Below, in pieces: positions 45,300-57,000 of a DNA stretch of 64,000 nucleotides. Source of the DNA: Candidatus Oxydemutatoraceae bacterium (GTDB taxonomy: Bacteria; Pseudomonadota; Gammaproteobacteria; Poriferisulfidales; Oxydemutatoraceae); contig OZ244779.1 in assembly GCA_965219575.1 (NCBI GenBank), positions 940,769 to 1,004,768 of the forward strand. The letters are read 5' to 3'. Every line of letters begins with the position of its first letter. The first letter of the stretch is position 1. Position numbers and translations under genes: made by a program. The notes below the pieces were generated by a model that had not been told where the DNA came from, did no database searches, and worked only from the letters and a program-made list of their open reading frames with translations.

Positions 45300-46751
45300 C
45301 TTGCGCCAAAACATCGGGGTGAATAATATCAACAATGCAAAAATTTCAAGCCGTCCTAGAATCATCGCAAAGCATAAGATCCATTTATTGGCATCGCTGA
45401 GTATAGCGTAGTGTTCACCGACGGTGCCGAGCCCGGGACCCAGATTATTAATCATTGCCATCGTCGCCGAGAATGCGGTTTCTTGGTCCAGCCCGGTTGC
45501 CATCAGCAATAACAAAATGACGATGATGCTTCCTATATACGCGGAAAAGAAACCCCATACCGATTGTATTACTCGGTCGCTCAATGCCATATCGTCTATC
45601 TTCAGCAACACAAATGCACCGGGATGGACGAGTTGTTTCATCTCTTTAATACCTTGGCGTAACAACAGCCAGAAACGGATTACTTTCATGCCGCCACCGG
45701 TGGAACCGCTACACCCTCCTATGGAACTCGCGAATAACAGTAGCAAGGGTACAAATCCCACCCACATATAGTGCGGTGCCACGGTGTATCCGGTCGTTGT
45801 CGCAAAAGAGACGGCACTGAAAGCACCTATCAAAATAGACTCTTTTAGTGTACTCGCATGTGCGGTGTACAAAAACGATACGGTGAGTATCGCAACGATT
45901 AAAATGACCGATAGAAACACTCTAAACTCGGTGTCTCGCCAGTAGTTGGTTAAAGTGTGGCGATGCCAAGCTAAGAAATGCAAACTAAAATTAATGCCGG
46001 CAATCAACATAAAGATCATCGCAATAATCAATACTGCCGGGTTGCCCGAGAAATATCCGAAGTTTTGATCGTGCGTGGAAAAACCACCGATCGAGACGGT
46101 AGAGAAGCTATGGCACAAGGCATCGAATTTTGACATGCCCGCCGCCCAATAGGCTACCGCACACAGCGCGGTTAAGGATAAATAGATATAGACCAACATT
46201 CTGGAAATCTCGCTGACTCTGGGCAGTGGCTTCGTTTTACGCGCCGAGGACAACATTTCGGTACGGTACAACTGCATGCTACCGACACCGAGCATCGGGG
46301 CAACAATAACCGCAATGACGATAATGCCGATTCCGCCTATCCATTGTAGAAATTGGCGGTAGAACAAAATAGTGTGAGGGACGGTGTCTAAAGTAGGCAG
46401 TACGCTTGCGCCGGTAGTAGTCAAACCGGAGATCGATTCAAACACCGCATCGTGTAGGGTCATTCGTGGATTGTCGCTGAGATAAAGCGGTAATGCTGCT
46501 GCCATCCCCAATACCACCCACGCCAGCACAACCATCAAGAAAGCTTCTTTCAAGTGCGTTTCGCCACGGCTATTGCGGTTCGGAAACCATAATAGCAAGC
46601 CTACGGCAAGAACGACGGCAAAGGACAAAATAAAAGCACGGTTGCTCTGTTCCCCGTACCAAATGTCTATAGGTAACGGCACCAGCATGACGATACTGAA
46701 TAGCATCAACAAAAGGCCTAATGTGCGTTGTATAGACGGCAGGTGTATCAT
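45297..46751 (-). CDS. trkH: Trk potassium uptake membrane subunit
   Basis: SGLTTTGA, VSIGGFS, GSTGGGMK, NNLGPG, GRLE. Confidence 0.96.
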   Translation of the reverse strand: MIHLPSIQRTLGLLLMLFSIVMLVPLPIDIWYGEQSNRAFILSFAVVLAVGLLLWFPNRNSRGETHLKEAFLMVVLAWVVLGMAAALPLYLSDNPRMTLHDAVFESISGLTTTGASVLPTLDTVPHTILFYRQFLQWIGGIGIIVIAVIVAPMLGVGSMQLYRTEMLSSARKTKPLPRVSEISRMLVYIYLSLTALCAVAYWAAGMSKFDALCHSFSTVSIGGFSTHDQNFGYFSGNPAVLIIAMIFMLIAGINFSLHFLAWHRHTLTNYWRDTEFRVFLSVILIVAILTVSFLYTAHASTLKESILIGAFSAVSFATTTGYTVAPHYMWVGFVPLLLLFASSIGGCSGSTGGGMKVIRFWLLLRQGIKEMKQLVHPGAFVLLKIDDMALSDRVIQSVWGFFSAYIGSIIVILLLLMATGLDQETAFSATMAMINNLGPGLGTVGEHYAILSDANKWILCFAMILGRLEIFALLILFTPMFWRK

Positions 46752-48133
46752 CAGTAAATTGCTGCAACCATAAAAAGTTTTTCCACGCTGGGGATGTGCT
46801 TTTTACTTTTGACGAACACGATCACATGATCCTCGGCTTCGATAACCCTATCTTGAGTTACCGATAATATATGCTCGTCTCTTAGAATCATGCTGACCAT
46901 AACACCGGGTGGCAAACGGACTTGATTCAAGGGTCGTCCGACGACTTTGGATAAACGGGCATCACCGTGAACCACAAGTTCTATGACTTCGGCGTCACTG
47001 TGTTTCAAGGTATGTGTAGCAACCGTATCTCCTTTTCTAAGATGGCATAGCAACGAACCGAAAGAGGCTTGTTGCGGTGATAAGGTTATATCTATGTTGA
47101 CATGATTCAAATGTACTAGTTCCAAATAGCTCTGACGATTTATCAATGCCAACACATGGCTCGCACCCAAGTGCTTGCAAAGTAGGGCGGCTAAGATATT
47201 GTCCTCCTCCCTACTGGTTACCGCGCACATCATATCGGTGCGTTTAATATTCTCGTCTATTAAGATATTTTCGTTGGTTGCGTCGCTGTGTAGCACGATC
47301 ACTTTATTGTCCAGCTGTTCGGCAAGCATCTTGGCGCGTGCGATATCGGGTTCGAGTAGTTTAACTTTGTAGTCGTCTTGCAAAAGTTCGGCGAGGCTCA
47401 TACCGATGCGCCCACCGCCGGAGATCATAATCGTTTTAAGGGGGTGATAATCGCAACCCAGTGCTTTCATGATTTGTGAGACATGTGTTTTAGGGGCCAC
47501 GAAAAAGACTTCATCGTCGACTTTTATCACCGTTTGTCCGTCTACAAAACGAATTTCTTCGTCTCGGAAGATAGCCGAGAGATGCATCGGGATTTCGGAT
47601 GCCGATTGTATAATTTGCGATACTGAGCTACCGACCCACGAACCGCCCTGCCGTGCCTTGACGCAAACCATCAGCAGACGACCGCCCCCCAATTCGGCAA
47701 TTTGTATGGCACCCGGGTTTTCTATCAGCAGTTTGATGTTATGCGCAACCAAGAGTTCCGGGCTGACGAGCACATCTATAGGAACAACATCTTTACCGAA
47801 CAGTCTGTTTTTTTCCTCCAGATATCCTCGTGTGGTGACTTTTGCGATTTTAGTTGGAATATCGAAAATGGTATGTGCAATTCTACAAGCGATGATGTTT
47901 TCTTCATCGCGATCGTTTAATGCGATCAACATATCGGCATTTTCGGCATCGGCTTGTGCCAGAACCTCCGGATGCGACCCTTGTCCGACGATTGTTCTCA
48001 GATCGAATACGCTTTGTATGTCTTGGAATAATCGGAAATCTTTATCAACCAAGGTGACATCGTTGTTCTCTTCGGCTAAATTGAGTGCCAGCGCAATGCC
48101 CAAGTGGTTAGCACCTAGAACGATAACTTTCAC
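46751..48133 (-). CDS. trkA: Trk NAD-binding subunit
   Basis: Two RCK domains; GGGRIG. Confidence 0.95.
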   Translation of the reverse strand: MKVIVLGANHLGIALALNLAEENNDVTLVDKDFRLFQDIQSVFDLRTIVGQGSHPEVLAQADAENADMLIALNDRDEENIIACRIAHTIFDIPTKIAKVTTRGYLEEKNRLFGKDVVPIDVLVSPELLVAHNIKLLIENPGAIQIAELGGGRLLMVCVKARQGGSWVGSSVSQIIQSASEIPMHLSAIFRDEEIRFVDGQTVIKVDDEVFFVAPKTHVSQIMKALGCDYHPLKTIMISGGGRIGMSLAELLQDDYKVKLLEPDIARAKMLAEQLDNKVIVLHSDATNENILIDENIKRTDMMCAVTSREEDNILAALLCKHLGASHVLALINRQSYLELVHLNHVNIDITLSPQQASFGSLLCHLRKGDTVATHTLKHSDAEVIELVVHGDARLSKVVGRPLNQVRLPPGVMVSMILRDEHILSVTQDRVIEAEDHVIVFVKSKKHIPSVEKLFMVAAIY

Positions 48134-49395
48134 TATGCTTTTTTCCTCACCGTCGGGCTTATACCCAAGGATTTTAATTTACGATACAAATGCGTTCGTT
48201 CCATGCCGGTGCGTGTTGCCAATTTTGATATATTTCCGTCTACTATACGCAATAATTGCTCAAAGTAAATACGCTCGAATGCTTCGCGCGCTTCGCGCAA
48301 CGGTTTTTGCAAAAGTAAATCCATGTGGGTGTCGCTACTGCGTATTTTTTTCAATGCGAGACGTGCTTCGCCGGTTGAGATCGCTTCGTCTTTATTTTGT
48401 TGCAATAGATAAATCACTAAATCGTCGAGTTCCTTCATGTTGTTCGGCCAGGTATGCTGGCGCAGATAATTTTGTGCAGAAATAGAGAAGCCTCTGTAAT
48501 TGAGCATTTTATTCGCACAGTTATAATCTATGCAGGCGTTGAGTAACTCCGGAATATCTTCTATATGTTCTCTAATCGGAGGGAGATATAAAATTTCTCG
48601 ATTAAATAGCTTGACCAACGGTTTGATCAGCGTACCGTCGTTCCCGAGTTCGTCGGGTTTTCTATCGCCGGTTGCGATAATGCGCCCGACAATCTTTTGA
48701 GACAGCATCTCGGCTAAGGCTTTTTGCACTTGCGTGCCCATTGCCGTAATATCTCTGATGAGCAAGGTACTATTTGCGTCGTGTGTAATATCGCCGAGCG
48801 AGTCGGCATTGATGTCGGAAAGCGCACAAGGCGATGCCAATATCGTAACGGTATGGTTTGCTCGTTTCCCCAAGGAGTGTATGTATTCGGCAAAATTAAC
48901 CTTGCCGGTTCCGACCTCTCCGTAAATAAATAGCGGCGTATCCGATTTGGCTAGGCTTTGAGCTTGTTGGCGTAGATGCAGGGCGGTTGCGCTCGAGCCT
49001 GCGAAAGTGCGCACGGTTGAGGTGCTATTATCGGACAATGCGTGCTTGACGGCTTTTAATAATTTAGCCATCGTCAAAGGCTTCTCCAAAAAGGCTGTAG
49101 CCCCCAGACGAGTAGATTCAACAGCGGTTTCTATCGTGCCGTGTCCCGACATCATAACGATAGGAAGTTTATTCTCATAATTGCGTCTACATTCTTTCAA
49201 CAAACTAATCCCGTCTTCTTTAGGCATCCAAATATCCAGTAAAACAAGATCGGGCAGTGCAAGTTTTAGTTGCTTACGCGCATCGTCCGCATCCTTGGCG
49301 GTACTCACCTGATAGCCCTCGTCTTCCAATATCTCTTTAACCAGGGTACGGATATCGGGTTCGTCGTCTACCACTAAAATATGATTTTCTCTCAT
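48133..49395 (-). CDS. ntrX: NtrX-like response regulator (REC, degenerate AAA+, HTH)
   Basis: LLDIWMP, MMSGHG, AREAFE, GMERTHLYRKLK; conserved ntrY-ntrX-trkA context. Confidence 0.8.
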   Translation of the reverse strand: MRENHILVVDDEPDIRTLVKEILEDEGYQVSTAKDADDARKQLKLALPDLVLLDIWMPKEDGISLLKECRRNYENKLPIVMMSGHGTIETAVESTRLGATAFLEKPLTMAKLLKAVKHALSDNSTSTVRTFAGSSATALHLRQQAQSLAKSDTPLFIYGEVGTGKVNFAEYIHSLGKRANHTVTILASPCALSDINADSLGDITHDANSTLLIRDITAMGTQVQKALAEMLSQKIVGRIIATGDRKPDELGNDGTLIKPLVKLFNREILYLPPIREHIEDIPELLNACIDYNCANKMLNYRGFSISAQNYLRQHTWPNNMKELDDLVIYLLQQNKDEAISTGEARLALKKIRSSDTHMDLLLQKPLREAREAFERIYFEQLLRIVDGNISKLATRTGMERTHLYRKLKSLGISPTVRKKA

Positions 49396-51569
49396 TTTCT
49401 ATTCGTCGGTGTATCGTTCAAAGATAAGGTTGTACGCAATGTCACACCGATGATACTACCTATATCATCGTTTGTGTTAGCGATATGAATTTCACCGCAA
49501 TGCTCTTCCACAATTTTCTTGGCAATAGCAAGCCCTAAACCCTGTCCTTTTTCCTTTGTGGTGACATAAGGTTCAAAAGCATTTTCAATAATGTTGCGAC
49601 TAAAACCCGGACCGTTGTCCTGCAAAGTGATTTGTATCGTATCGGGTTTGGGCATCGTCGTTGAAATACGGACTTGCGGGTCGGGTGTTTGTTCCAAAGC
49701 CTCCAGGGCATTGGTTAAAAGGTTATGCAGTAGTTGCCGTAGTCGTGTTTCGTCGCCGTTGATCATTGCCGAGGGTTCGAACGGTTGCCATTCGATATTT
49801 ATTTTTCCGGAGTAACCGTAGAAATCGACGAGTTCGCCGATTAGCGCGTGAAGATCGATCTCTTTTAGTTCCAAGGGTGCGTCGCCTTGAGAAAATTGTC
49901 TGAACTCATTGACGATTTTACCCATCGCATCGACTTGATGAATGATGGTGTCCGCCGAGCGTTCGAGAAAAGCCGAGTCCGATTCGTCGAGCTGCGTGTT
50001 TAGTTTGTTCTTTAAACGCTCGGCGGACAGTCGTATCGGTGTCAGGGGGTTCTTAAACTCGTGTGCCATACGGCGCGCTACATCTTTCCATGCCCGATCT
50101 CGTTGCGCTTGCACTAAATCGCTGATGTCGTTGACGACTACCACATAGCCGCCGTCGGGCAATTGTGCACCTCTACAAAATAGGGTTTTATTCTTTTCTG
50201 CGACACATAGATCGATTTCCCAATATTGTTGCTGTTCGGTTTCGGCTAAATTCTCCTTTAGGGCAATATAGAATTTCTTCAGCCACTCTTCGGCGGTTGT
50301 ATGTTGCAGTGATTGGTTTATCAAAGTGCCCAAGGAGACCGACAATATCTCCGATGCCGCAACATTAGCGGTCTTTAATTTGAGATCTTTGTCCAAGCTC
50401 AAAACGCCCGAAGAGAGATGCTTCAGTAAGGTTTCCAAGTAAGCGCGTTGTTTCTCCAGCTGCATCCTGTTAGTGTCGGCAACCTCTTTCGCTTCACTTA
50501 ATTTACGCGCCATGCCGTTAAACGACATGGCCAATTCACCGAGTTCGTCTTTAACGGGAACTTTAATACGCGTGTCGAGTTTACCCGCCGAGATATCTCT
50601 GGTGCCTTTGGCAAGTTGCAAGATAGGTGCAATGAGCCGATGCGTATAGAAAAATGCCGCCCATATCGCAAAAAGTATTGAGAATAACAAGACTAAAATC
50701 AAAGTGAGTCTAAAACTTTGCTTGAGTGCGTCGCGTAGAAAAATCAGGTTATTGTATTCGTCGTAAGCCTCTTCAACATTCCTGGTTAAGCGGTTGATGC
50801 GCTCGGGCATAGGATAGAGTACCTGCAATAATCGCTTGGATCCGAGTATCTCTTCGGGTTCTACGGGCAATACCAAGCGTGCATAAAAATTATTCCTTAT
50901 CAGATCTAAACTAACATAGGGACTGCCTTGCAATACCCTGTGTACTACGGCTTCGGGCAATAAAACCGGTAGCATATTTTCCATGTCCCCGCCGTAAGAA
51001 GCTATGATCTCACGGTTGGTATTCAGTAGCGTAATTTCGCTCAGACCGCGCTCGTCGGATAGAGAGCGCAAAACAAAAGACGATAATTCGGCAGGCGTGT
51101 CGGATATCTCTTCTGCCATCGCCACCGCATCTTGTTTCATTCTTTGCAACTGCATGTTCAGCGACCAATTTCCCAGTTCAAGAGAATTATTCAATGCGTT
51201 CTCTACATCCACATTAAACCAGCTGTCTATGCCGTCTTCCAGCATTTGGTCGGAAAACATGTAAACGATGATTGCCGGCACCAATATCGATAAAGCCAGT
51301 ATAAAACTTAAACGCAAGCGAAGTTTTGCTCCGAGTTTATGGTTATATAAATCTCGGATCAACTTTACGAGATTCACTATGACCAAACCGCCGAGTACGA
51401 TCAGCATCAACACATTAAAGGCTAGGAACCAGCCGTGATATTGATCGAAGAGTCTGGAATTTTGAACCAAACCACCGAGAGAGAACAAAGAGATCAGCAC
51501 CAGTAAAAAAAGGCCTAAAACAGGCAGAAGCGGTTTTGAAAATTTATCTAGAGCGACCATTGATGCCAA
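49392..51569 (-). CDS. ntrY: NtrY-like HAMP/PAS sensor histidine kinase
   Basis: IDSWF, ARRMAHEFKNPLTPIRLSAERL, DNGPG, GLGL. Confidence 0.85.
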   Translation of the reverse strand: MASMVALDKFSKPLLPVLGLFLLVLISLFSLGGLVQNSRLFDQYHGWFLAFNVLMLIVLGGLVIVNLVKLIRDLYNHKLGAKLRLRLSFILALSILVPAIIVYMFSDQMLEDGIDSWFNVDVENALNNSLELGNWSLNMQLQRMKQDAVAMAEEISDTPAELSSFVLRSLSDERGLSEITLLNTNREIIASYGGDMENMLPVLLPEAVVHRVLQGSPYVSLDLIRNNFYARLVLPVEPEEILGSKRLLQVLYPMPERINRLTRNVEEAYDEYNNLIFLRDALKQSFRLTLILVLLFSILFAIWAAFFYTHRLIAPILQLAKGTRDISAGKLDTRIKVPVKDELGELAMSFNGMARKLSEAKEVADTNRMQLEKQRAYLETLLKHLSSGVLSLDKDLKLKTANVAASEILSVSLGTLINQSLQHTTAEEWLKKFYIALKENLAETEQQQYWEIDLCVAEKNKTLFCRGAQLPDGGYVVVVNDISDLVQAQRDRAWKDVARRMAHEFKNPLTPIRLSAERLKNKLNTQLDESDSAFLERSADTIIHQVDAMGKIVNEFRQFSQGDAPLELKEIDLHALIGELVDFYGYSGKINIEWQPFEPSAMINGDETRLRQLLHNLLTNALEALEQTPDPQVRISTTMPKPDTIQITLQDNGPGFSRNIIENAFEPYVTTKEKGQGLGLAIAKKIVEEHCGEIHIANTNDDIGSIIGVTLRTTLSLNDTPTNRK

Positions 51570-52126
51570 TCCGACGATAAGGGCTCGGGGTACGATAGAT
51601 AACTTTTAAGCCGTAGTAATAGCGGCAAGTCCGCTCTGGATAGCTTGATGCGAACTCGCATATGCGTTGCTTGCGATAAAATCAGCGACGACTTTTCGAT
51701 AATAGCCATGTTGCTATAACGTCCCAAGAACATCAGAGCACTGCTTAAGGAATTAAAATTCGCCTGTTGATTTAAGTCTAGGTCTTCGACTACATAGTGT
51801 CGAGTCAAGGCATGAAAATGTAGTTTTTTACGCCACGCCTCGTCTAGTAATTTTTTATTCGGCAACACCCTCCTTTTTTCAAAGATTTCGACATCGGCAA
51901 TAAAATTCAATTGGGTCCCGGTATTAACCGCGGTAATCAGAAAATCGGGCAAATCAAAACTCGCCTGCATGTTCAGGTATATTAGATCGTCCTTGGTGTC
52001 GGGCGATAAGTAGCTAATCGTAATAGGTGTCGTCGGTTTTTTAGGCGAGACCTGTGCTTCAATAATGCCGGAGAACATTACAACCGACAAAGCGAACGAT
52101 GATATGTATAGAAAATACTTTTTCAT
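51548..52126 (-). CDS. DUF4390 family exported protein
   Basis: Typical position upstream of ntrY; signal peptide from ATG 52126; C-terminal LSSDW.W. Confidence 0.75.
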   Translation of the reverse strand: MKKYFLYISSFALSVVMFSGIIEAQVSPKKPTTPITISYLSPDTKDDLIYLNMQASFDLPDFLITAVNTGTQLNFIADVEIFEKRRVLPNKKLLDEAWRKKLHFHALTRHYVVEDLDLNQQANFNSLSSALMFLGRYSNMAIIEKSSLILSQATHMRVRIKLSRADLPLLLRLKSYLSYPEPLSSDWHQWSL

Positions 52127-52145
52127 GACTGATAAGTATAACAAA

Positions 52146-52206
52146 GAGAACCGCCGTTTGTTGCAGTAGCACAAACGGCGTGACATTGTGCAGAGACTTA
52201 GCATTG
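52146..52206. repeat. Isolated hairpin element R6
   Basis: AGAACCGCCGTTTGT..ACAAACGGCGTGACATTGTGCAGA; matches 34340-34395. Confidence 0.75.
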
Positions 52207-52295
52207 GAATGATTAGGTTTTCGTTATAATGCTATATCACGATGTTCATATCAAAGTGATAAAATCTTTTATTCTAAAATTTTACTGTCAACATA

Positions 52296-53306
52296 ATGAT
52301 TAGAATTATATGTAATCTTTGGCGTAGCTTTAAGGCTTTAATCCTTGCTATTTATATATTTCACATCGTACTACGAGAATTTTATAACTATAGAAATTCG
52401 TACATAGGTGTCATTTTGTCTCGTTTCAAGGGACCGAATAAAGGATTTTTTTTCTCTTTTTTCATACGAGCCGTTATATCTTCTGCGAGAACAGCTTATC
52501 GAGAATCTTTCAAAGTACCGTCAAAAAACCTATCCTTATCGACTCAATTTTATAAGATAATCGGAGTAGCATGGTTTGGCGAAAAAATAGGTATCAATAT
52601 CAAGGTGGATTCTCCCGGTTTGGATAATCTTTTTGAGAACCTTGCATTAACACATTCACAGAGGTATCAATTTGTAGATAACAGACAACTTGGGCTTGAC
52701 GCTACGATACTATGGGAAATCTATGCAAAAACCGTGATTCCGTCCGAGTACGGCTACAAAGTGATCTCAAAGTTGGCAATTAAGGAGGAATTTTCTAGCC
52801 AAGCCGACGAATGGGTTGATAGCAATCTGCAAGAGGATTGGGTGGCTGTTCACTACAGAGGATCCGATCGTAAAGTAGTAGTTAAACATAGATTGATAGA
52901 GAGAGAATCCTATATTGCTTATTTAAAGGAGGTTTTGGATGATCGTTGTAATATCTTTGCCTGTTCCGATCAGGCGCAATTCATTGAACAAATAAAAGAG
53001 GCATTCCCCGGTAGAGTTTTTTGTAGAAAGATTATTCGATCTCGGGACAGTAGGCCCTTACATAAAGATAAAGAATACCGTGGCACCGAACAAATGAAAG
53101 ACGCATTCATGGATATCTTGATTCTATCAAAGGCAAAACTAATTTATACGACAGGGTCATGGTTTGTAGATGTAGTTAGATTTTTTAATCCGTCGGTCAA
53201 AATTATTTCTTTATCGAAATTTAATTATCATCGGAAAATTGATAACTTCATTTCAGTGCCTCAAGCACATCTTATAAACAAAGAAAGTAAACAAAATACC
53301 AAGTAA
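52296..53306 (+). CDS. Fucosyltransferase-like glycosyltransferase (NodZ/GT23- or GT11-like)
   Basis: VAVHYRGSD, IFACSD, DILILSKA motifs; AT-rich. Confidence 0.7.
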   Translation: MIRIICNLWRSFKALILAIYIFHIVLREFYNYRNSYIGVILSRFKGPNKGFFFSFFIRAVISSARTAYRESFKVPSKNLSLSTQFYKIIGVAWFGEKIGINIKVDSPGLDNLFENLALTHSQRYQFVDNRQLGLDATILWEIYAKTVIPSEYGYKVISKLAIKEEFSSQADEWVDSNLQEDWVAVHYRGSDRKVVVKHRLIERESYIAYLKEVLDDRCNIFACSDQAQFIEQIKEAFPGRVFCRKIIRSRDSRPLHKDKEYRGTEQMKDAFMDILILSKAKLIYTTGSWFVDVVRFFNPSVKIISLSKFNYHRKIDNFISVPQAHLINKESKQNTK

Positions 53307-53357
53307 TTTTGATTAAAATATCTATCTATCAAATTTACGCTAACCGTAATTTCCCTA

Positions 53358-54041
53358 CTAAAAAATTTCGGCAAGCCAGCGTGTCCAAGCATCTAATACG
53401 CGTCGGTCTATGCTGTGCGCCAATTCGTCGAATATGTGCGACTGCACATGAAAGCCGGCGTCTTCCAGCAGCTTCGGCATTGCGCTTACGGCTGTGTGCG
53501 GGATGATCGGGTCCAGGGTGCCGTGGGTTAATAACACCGGTGTGCCGCTATCGTCGGGTATCGGCTCTCCGCGTGGCAAATAACCCGACCATGAGAAAGC
53601 TCCGGCGAAGCGTTTCGTTTCGTTGAATAAGCTATACATTGCAAGTGCACCGCCTTGTGAAAAACCTCCGACGATAATTTTATCTTCGGGCACTCCGTCG
53701 GCAATCAATTCATCGACCAATTGCCTGATCAGTTTTAAGGATCTCTCCAGACCCACTTTGTCTTCTTGCGGCTGAGCGTCTTCCAATGCAATGATATCAA
53801 ACCATGCCGGTATTTTCATTCCGCCGTTCAATGTCACCGGCTGTATCGGTGCCTGTGGTATGAAAAAAGAAATTCGGTCTTTATCGGGAAAAGAGAGCAT
53901 AGAGAGACCGGCAGCGAAATCGTCGGCGGAAGCACCCAAGCCGTGCAACAGAATGATGCCGCCGATAGCGTTTTGCTCGGCAGGTTGTTTAATGCCTTGC
54001 CAATTTCCTTTGGGGTTTGTAGTGTTCAATGTTTGTGTCAT
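53358..54041 (-). CDS. Carboxylesterase/phospholipase (alpha/beta hydrolase)
   Basis: LHGLGA, GFSQGG, HG..D, AHS. Confidence 0.9.
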   Translation of the reverse strand: MTQTLNTTNPKGNWQGIKQPAEQNAIGGIILLHGLGASADDFAAGLSMLSFPDKDRISFFIPQAPIQPVTLNGGMKIPAWFDIIALEDAQPQEDKVGLERSLKLIRQLVDELIADGVPEDKIIVGGFSQGGALAMYSLFNETKRFAGAFSWSGYLPRGEPIPDDSGTPVLLTHGTLDPIIPHTAVSAMPKLLEDAGFHVQSHIFDELAHSIDRRVLDAWTRWLAEIF

Positions 54042-54067
54042 AACTAAGTCCTTTATATGTTAATTCA

Positions 54068-57000
54068 TTATCGAGGTTCACCGAATCCGCCGCCACCGGG
54101 TGTTGCAATGATTAGGGTGTCGCCCGCCTGCATTGCAACGGTGGTGTTTGCCGCTAATAGCTCTATGCTTCCGTCTTTGCGCCGTACGCTATTTTGTCCG
54201 CATAATCCGGGGTTGCCTCCGTTTAGTCCGAAAGGTGCTATTGTACGATGACTCGATAATATCGACGCACTCATAGCTTCTAAAAAAGTTATTTTGCGAA
54301 CGACACCGTCGCCTCCACGATATCTGCCGTCGCCGCCGCTACCGATGCGTATACCGAAGTTTTCTAATAATACCGGGAACCGTGACTCTAGAATTTCGGG
54401 GTCGGTGAGTCTGGAATTCGTCATATGAGTGTGAACCGCACTCGCACCGTTAAAGCCTGCGCCGGCACCGGCACCACCGCATAATGTTTCGTAATACTGG
54501 TATTGTCGGTTACCGAAACTCAGATTGTTCATCGTGCCTTGCGAGGCGGCGAGGATACCCATCGCACCGTACAGTGCGTTGACAATTGCTTGCGAGGTTT
54601 CAACATTACCGGCGACGACCGCAGACGGATAGTTCGGGTTCAGCAGGCTATTTTCGGGAATAACGAGGTGTATGGGTTTTAGGCAACCCTCATTTAGCGG
54701 TATATCGGCGTTGACCAAGGTGCGAAAGACATATAATACCGCTGCCCGAGCGACTGCAGCCGGCGCATGGAAATTAGTATCGGTTTGCCCGGATGTGCCG
54801 GTAAAATCGACGATTGCCGATCGTTTATCCTCGGCAATGGAAATTTGAACCTTGATGACAGCATCGTGTTCCAAAGGATAGACGAATTGTCCGCTATGCA
54901 AAGTCTTTAGCGCATTGCGCACCGCAATCTCGGCGTTATCCTGTATATGTCGCATATACGAGCAAACCGTTTTTAGACCGAAATCGTCTATCATGTTTTT
55001 GAGTTCGCTAACACCTTTTTGGTTTGCCGCAATCTGTGCCTTCAAGTCGTCTATATTAGTGTTTATATCGCGTGCCGGCCATGCAGTGCTTGCCAGCATC
55101 TCCCGAAGTGCCTGTTCGTCAAAATAACCGTTGCGTACCGCTAAAAAGCAATCTATCAAAACGCCTTCTTCCTGTATGCGGCGGCTGTTCGGTGGCATAG
55201 AACCCGGTGTGATGCCACCTATGTCGGCATGATGCCCGCGGCAAGCAACATAAAATAACGGCTTTGTGTTATCGGAGGTGTTATTTTGTTGATAGAACAC
55301 CGGCGTGATAACGGTGATATCGGGCAGATGTGTGCCGCCTTGATAGGGACTGTTCAAGACATAGGCATCGCCGTCTTGCATCGTTGCCCGGCATTGCGCA
55401 ATGACTGCGCGTACCGTCTCCCCCATAGAACCTAAATGCACCGGCACATGTGGTGCATTTGCTACCAAACCACCGTCCTGATCGAATATCGCACAAGAAA
55501 AATCAAGTCTTTCTTTGATATTAACCGAATGTGCGGTGTTTGCAAGCGTGATGCCCATTTGTTCGGCGATGGACCTATAAAGGTGATTGAAAATTTCGAG
55601 CTTTACCGGATTCGGTTTAGCCGTATCGTCTTTGTTTAGGCTCGGTGAATGTTTGCTTAACGATTTTTGACTTTTGAGCAATAGATTATTTCGGCCGGTA
55701 ATTTCCGCTTGCCATTGTGGTTCTACCACGATGGTCTGGGTTTGTTCTACGATCAAGGCAGGCCCCTTTATAGATTGATCGGGAGACAGTGCGCTGCGTT
55801 CGTATAGTGTAGCTTCCTGCAGACCGTCGCTCGTATGAAAACCGATTTGCACCGGTTTTATTGCCTTTGTTGGACGATCTGCCGAAGCGGTGTGCGATTT
55901 TACCTCGCCGCTCATTGTGGTAATTGCTTCTACCGATAGGCTGGCGATAATAAGCGGGGTATCGGGTAATGTAAAACCGAATCTTTGTCGATGCAGTGCT
56001 TCAAATGCCGTACGTAAATTGTCATGCCGATTGAAATCAAGTTCTAAGCTAAAGTCGCTGCCTTGATAGCGGATGTGAATACGCCTAATAATACGGACCG
56101 GATTTGAGTCGGTGTTGTGTGCGGTGATTTCAGTTTTAGCTTGTGTTTCCAGTGTCTGCCATATAGGATCCAATGCTGCGCTGTCGGCTTCCGCTATCGG
56201 TCGTTCAACGCTGCAGGTGCGCAGTGCGCTTGAGTTGGCAAGTCCTATGCCGTAGGCGGATAGCACGCTTGCAAGCGGATGTATCAATATCTGCTTGATG
56301 CCCAATAGGTCGGCAACACGACACGCGTGCTGCCCGCCGGCACCTCCGAAGCAACACAAGGTATAGCGGCGTATGTCATGCCCGCGCTGCACCGATATTT
56401 TTTTTATCGCTTGTGCCATATTGTTGACCGCAACCGAAAGAAAGCCTGATGCGACCTCGGTGTAAGTGCGGTGTTCGTCGTCGGCAGCGTTGATCCTTTT
56501 GCTTAGGGCTAGAAATTTTTTCAAAACGATGTTTAAATCCAAACTCTGTTTCCCGTCGTCGCCGAACAAAGACGGGAAATAATCGGCTTGTATGCGACCT
56601 AAAATTAGGTTGCAATCGGTTACGGTTAGAGGACCTCCTTTGCGATAACACGCAGGTCCCGGGTCGGCTCCTGCCGACTCCGGTCCCACTTGATAACGCC
56701 CGTTGCGAAACTGGATAATAGAGCCGCCGCCTGCTGCGATTGTATGTATGTTCAACATCGGCGATTGCAAATGGATGCCGGCAACTTGACTATCAAAAGT
56801 ACGCTCGTAGTGTCCCGAGTAGTGCGAGACATCGGTTGAAGTGCCGCCCATATCAAAGCCGATGATATGCTTAAATCCCGATTGCAAGCCGGTTTCCACC
56901 GCACCGACGATGCCGCCGGCGGGACCCGATAATAAGCTATTCACGGCTCTAAAGTTATTGGCATCGCTCAGCCCGCCGCTTGACTGCATGAATGAAATTT

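Noticed and set aside
47469-48485. 338-aa plus-strand ORF
   Set aside because: Antisense to trkA/ntrX; no recognisable motifs.
48133-49395. Degenerate sigma54-activator domain as a novelty
   Set aside because: Loss of GAFTGA and degeneration of the AAA+ domain is already known for NtrX-type regulators.
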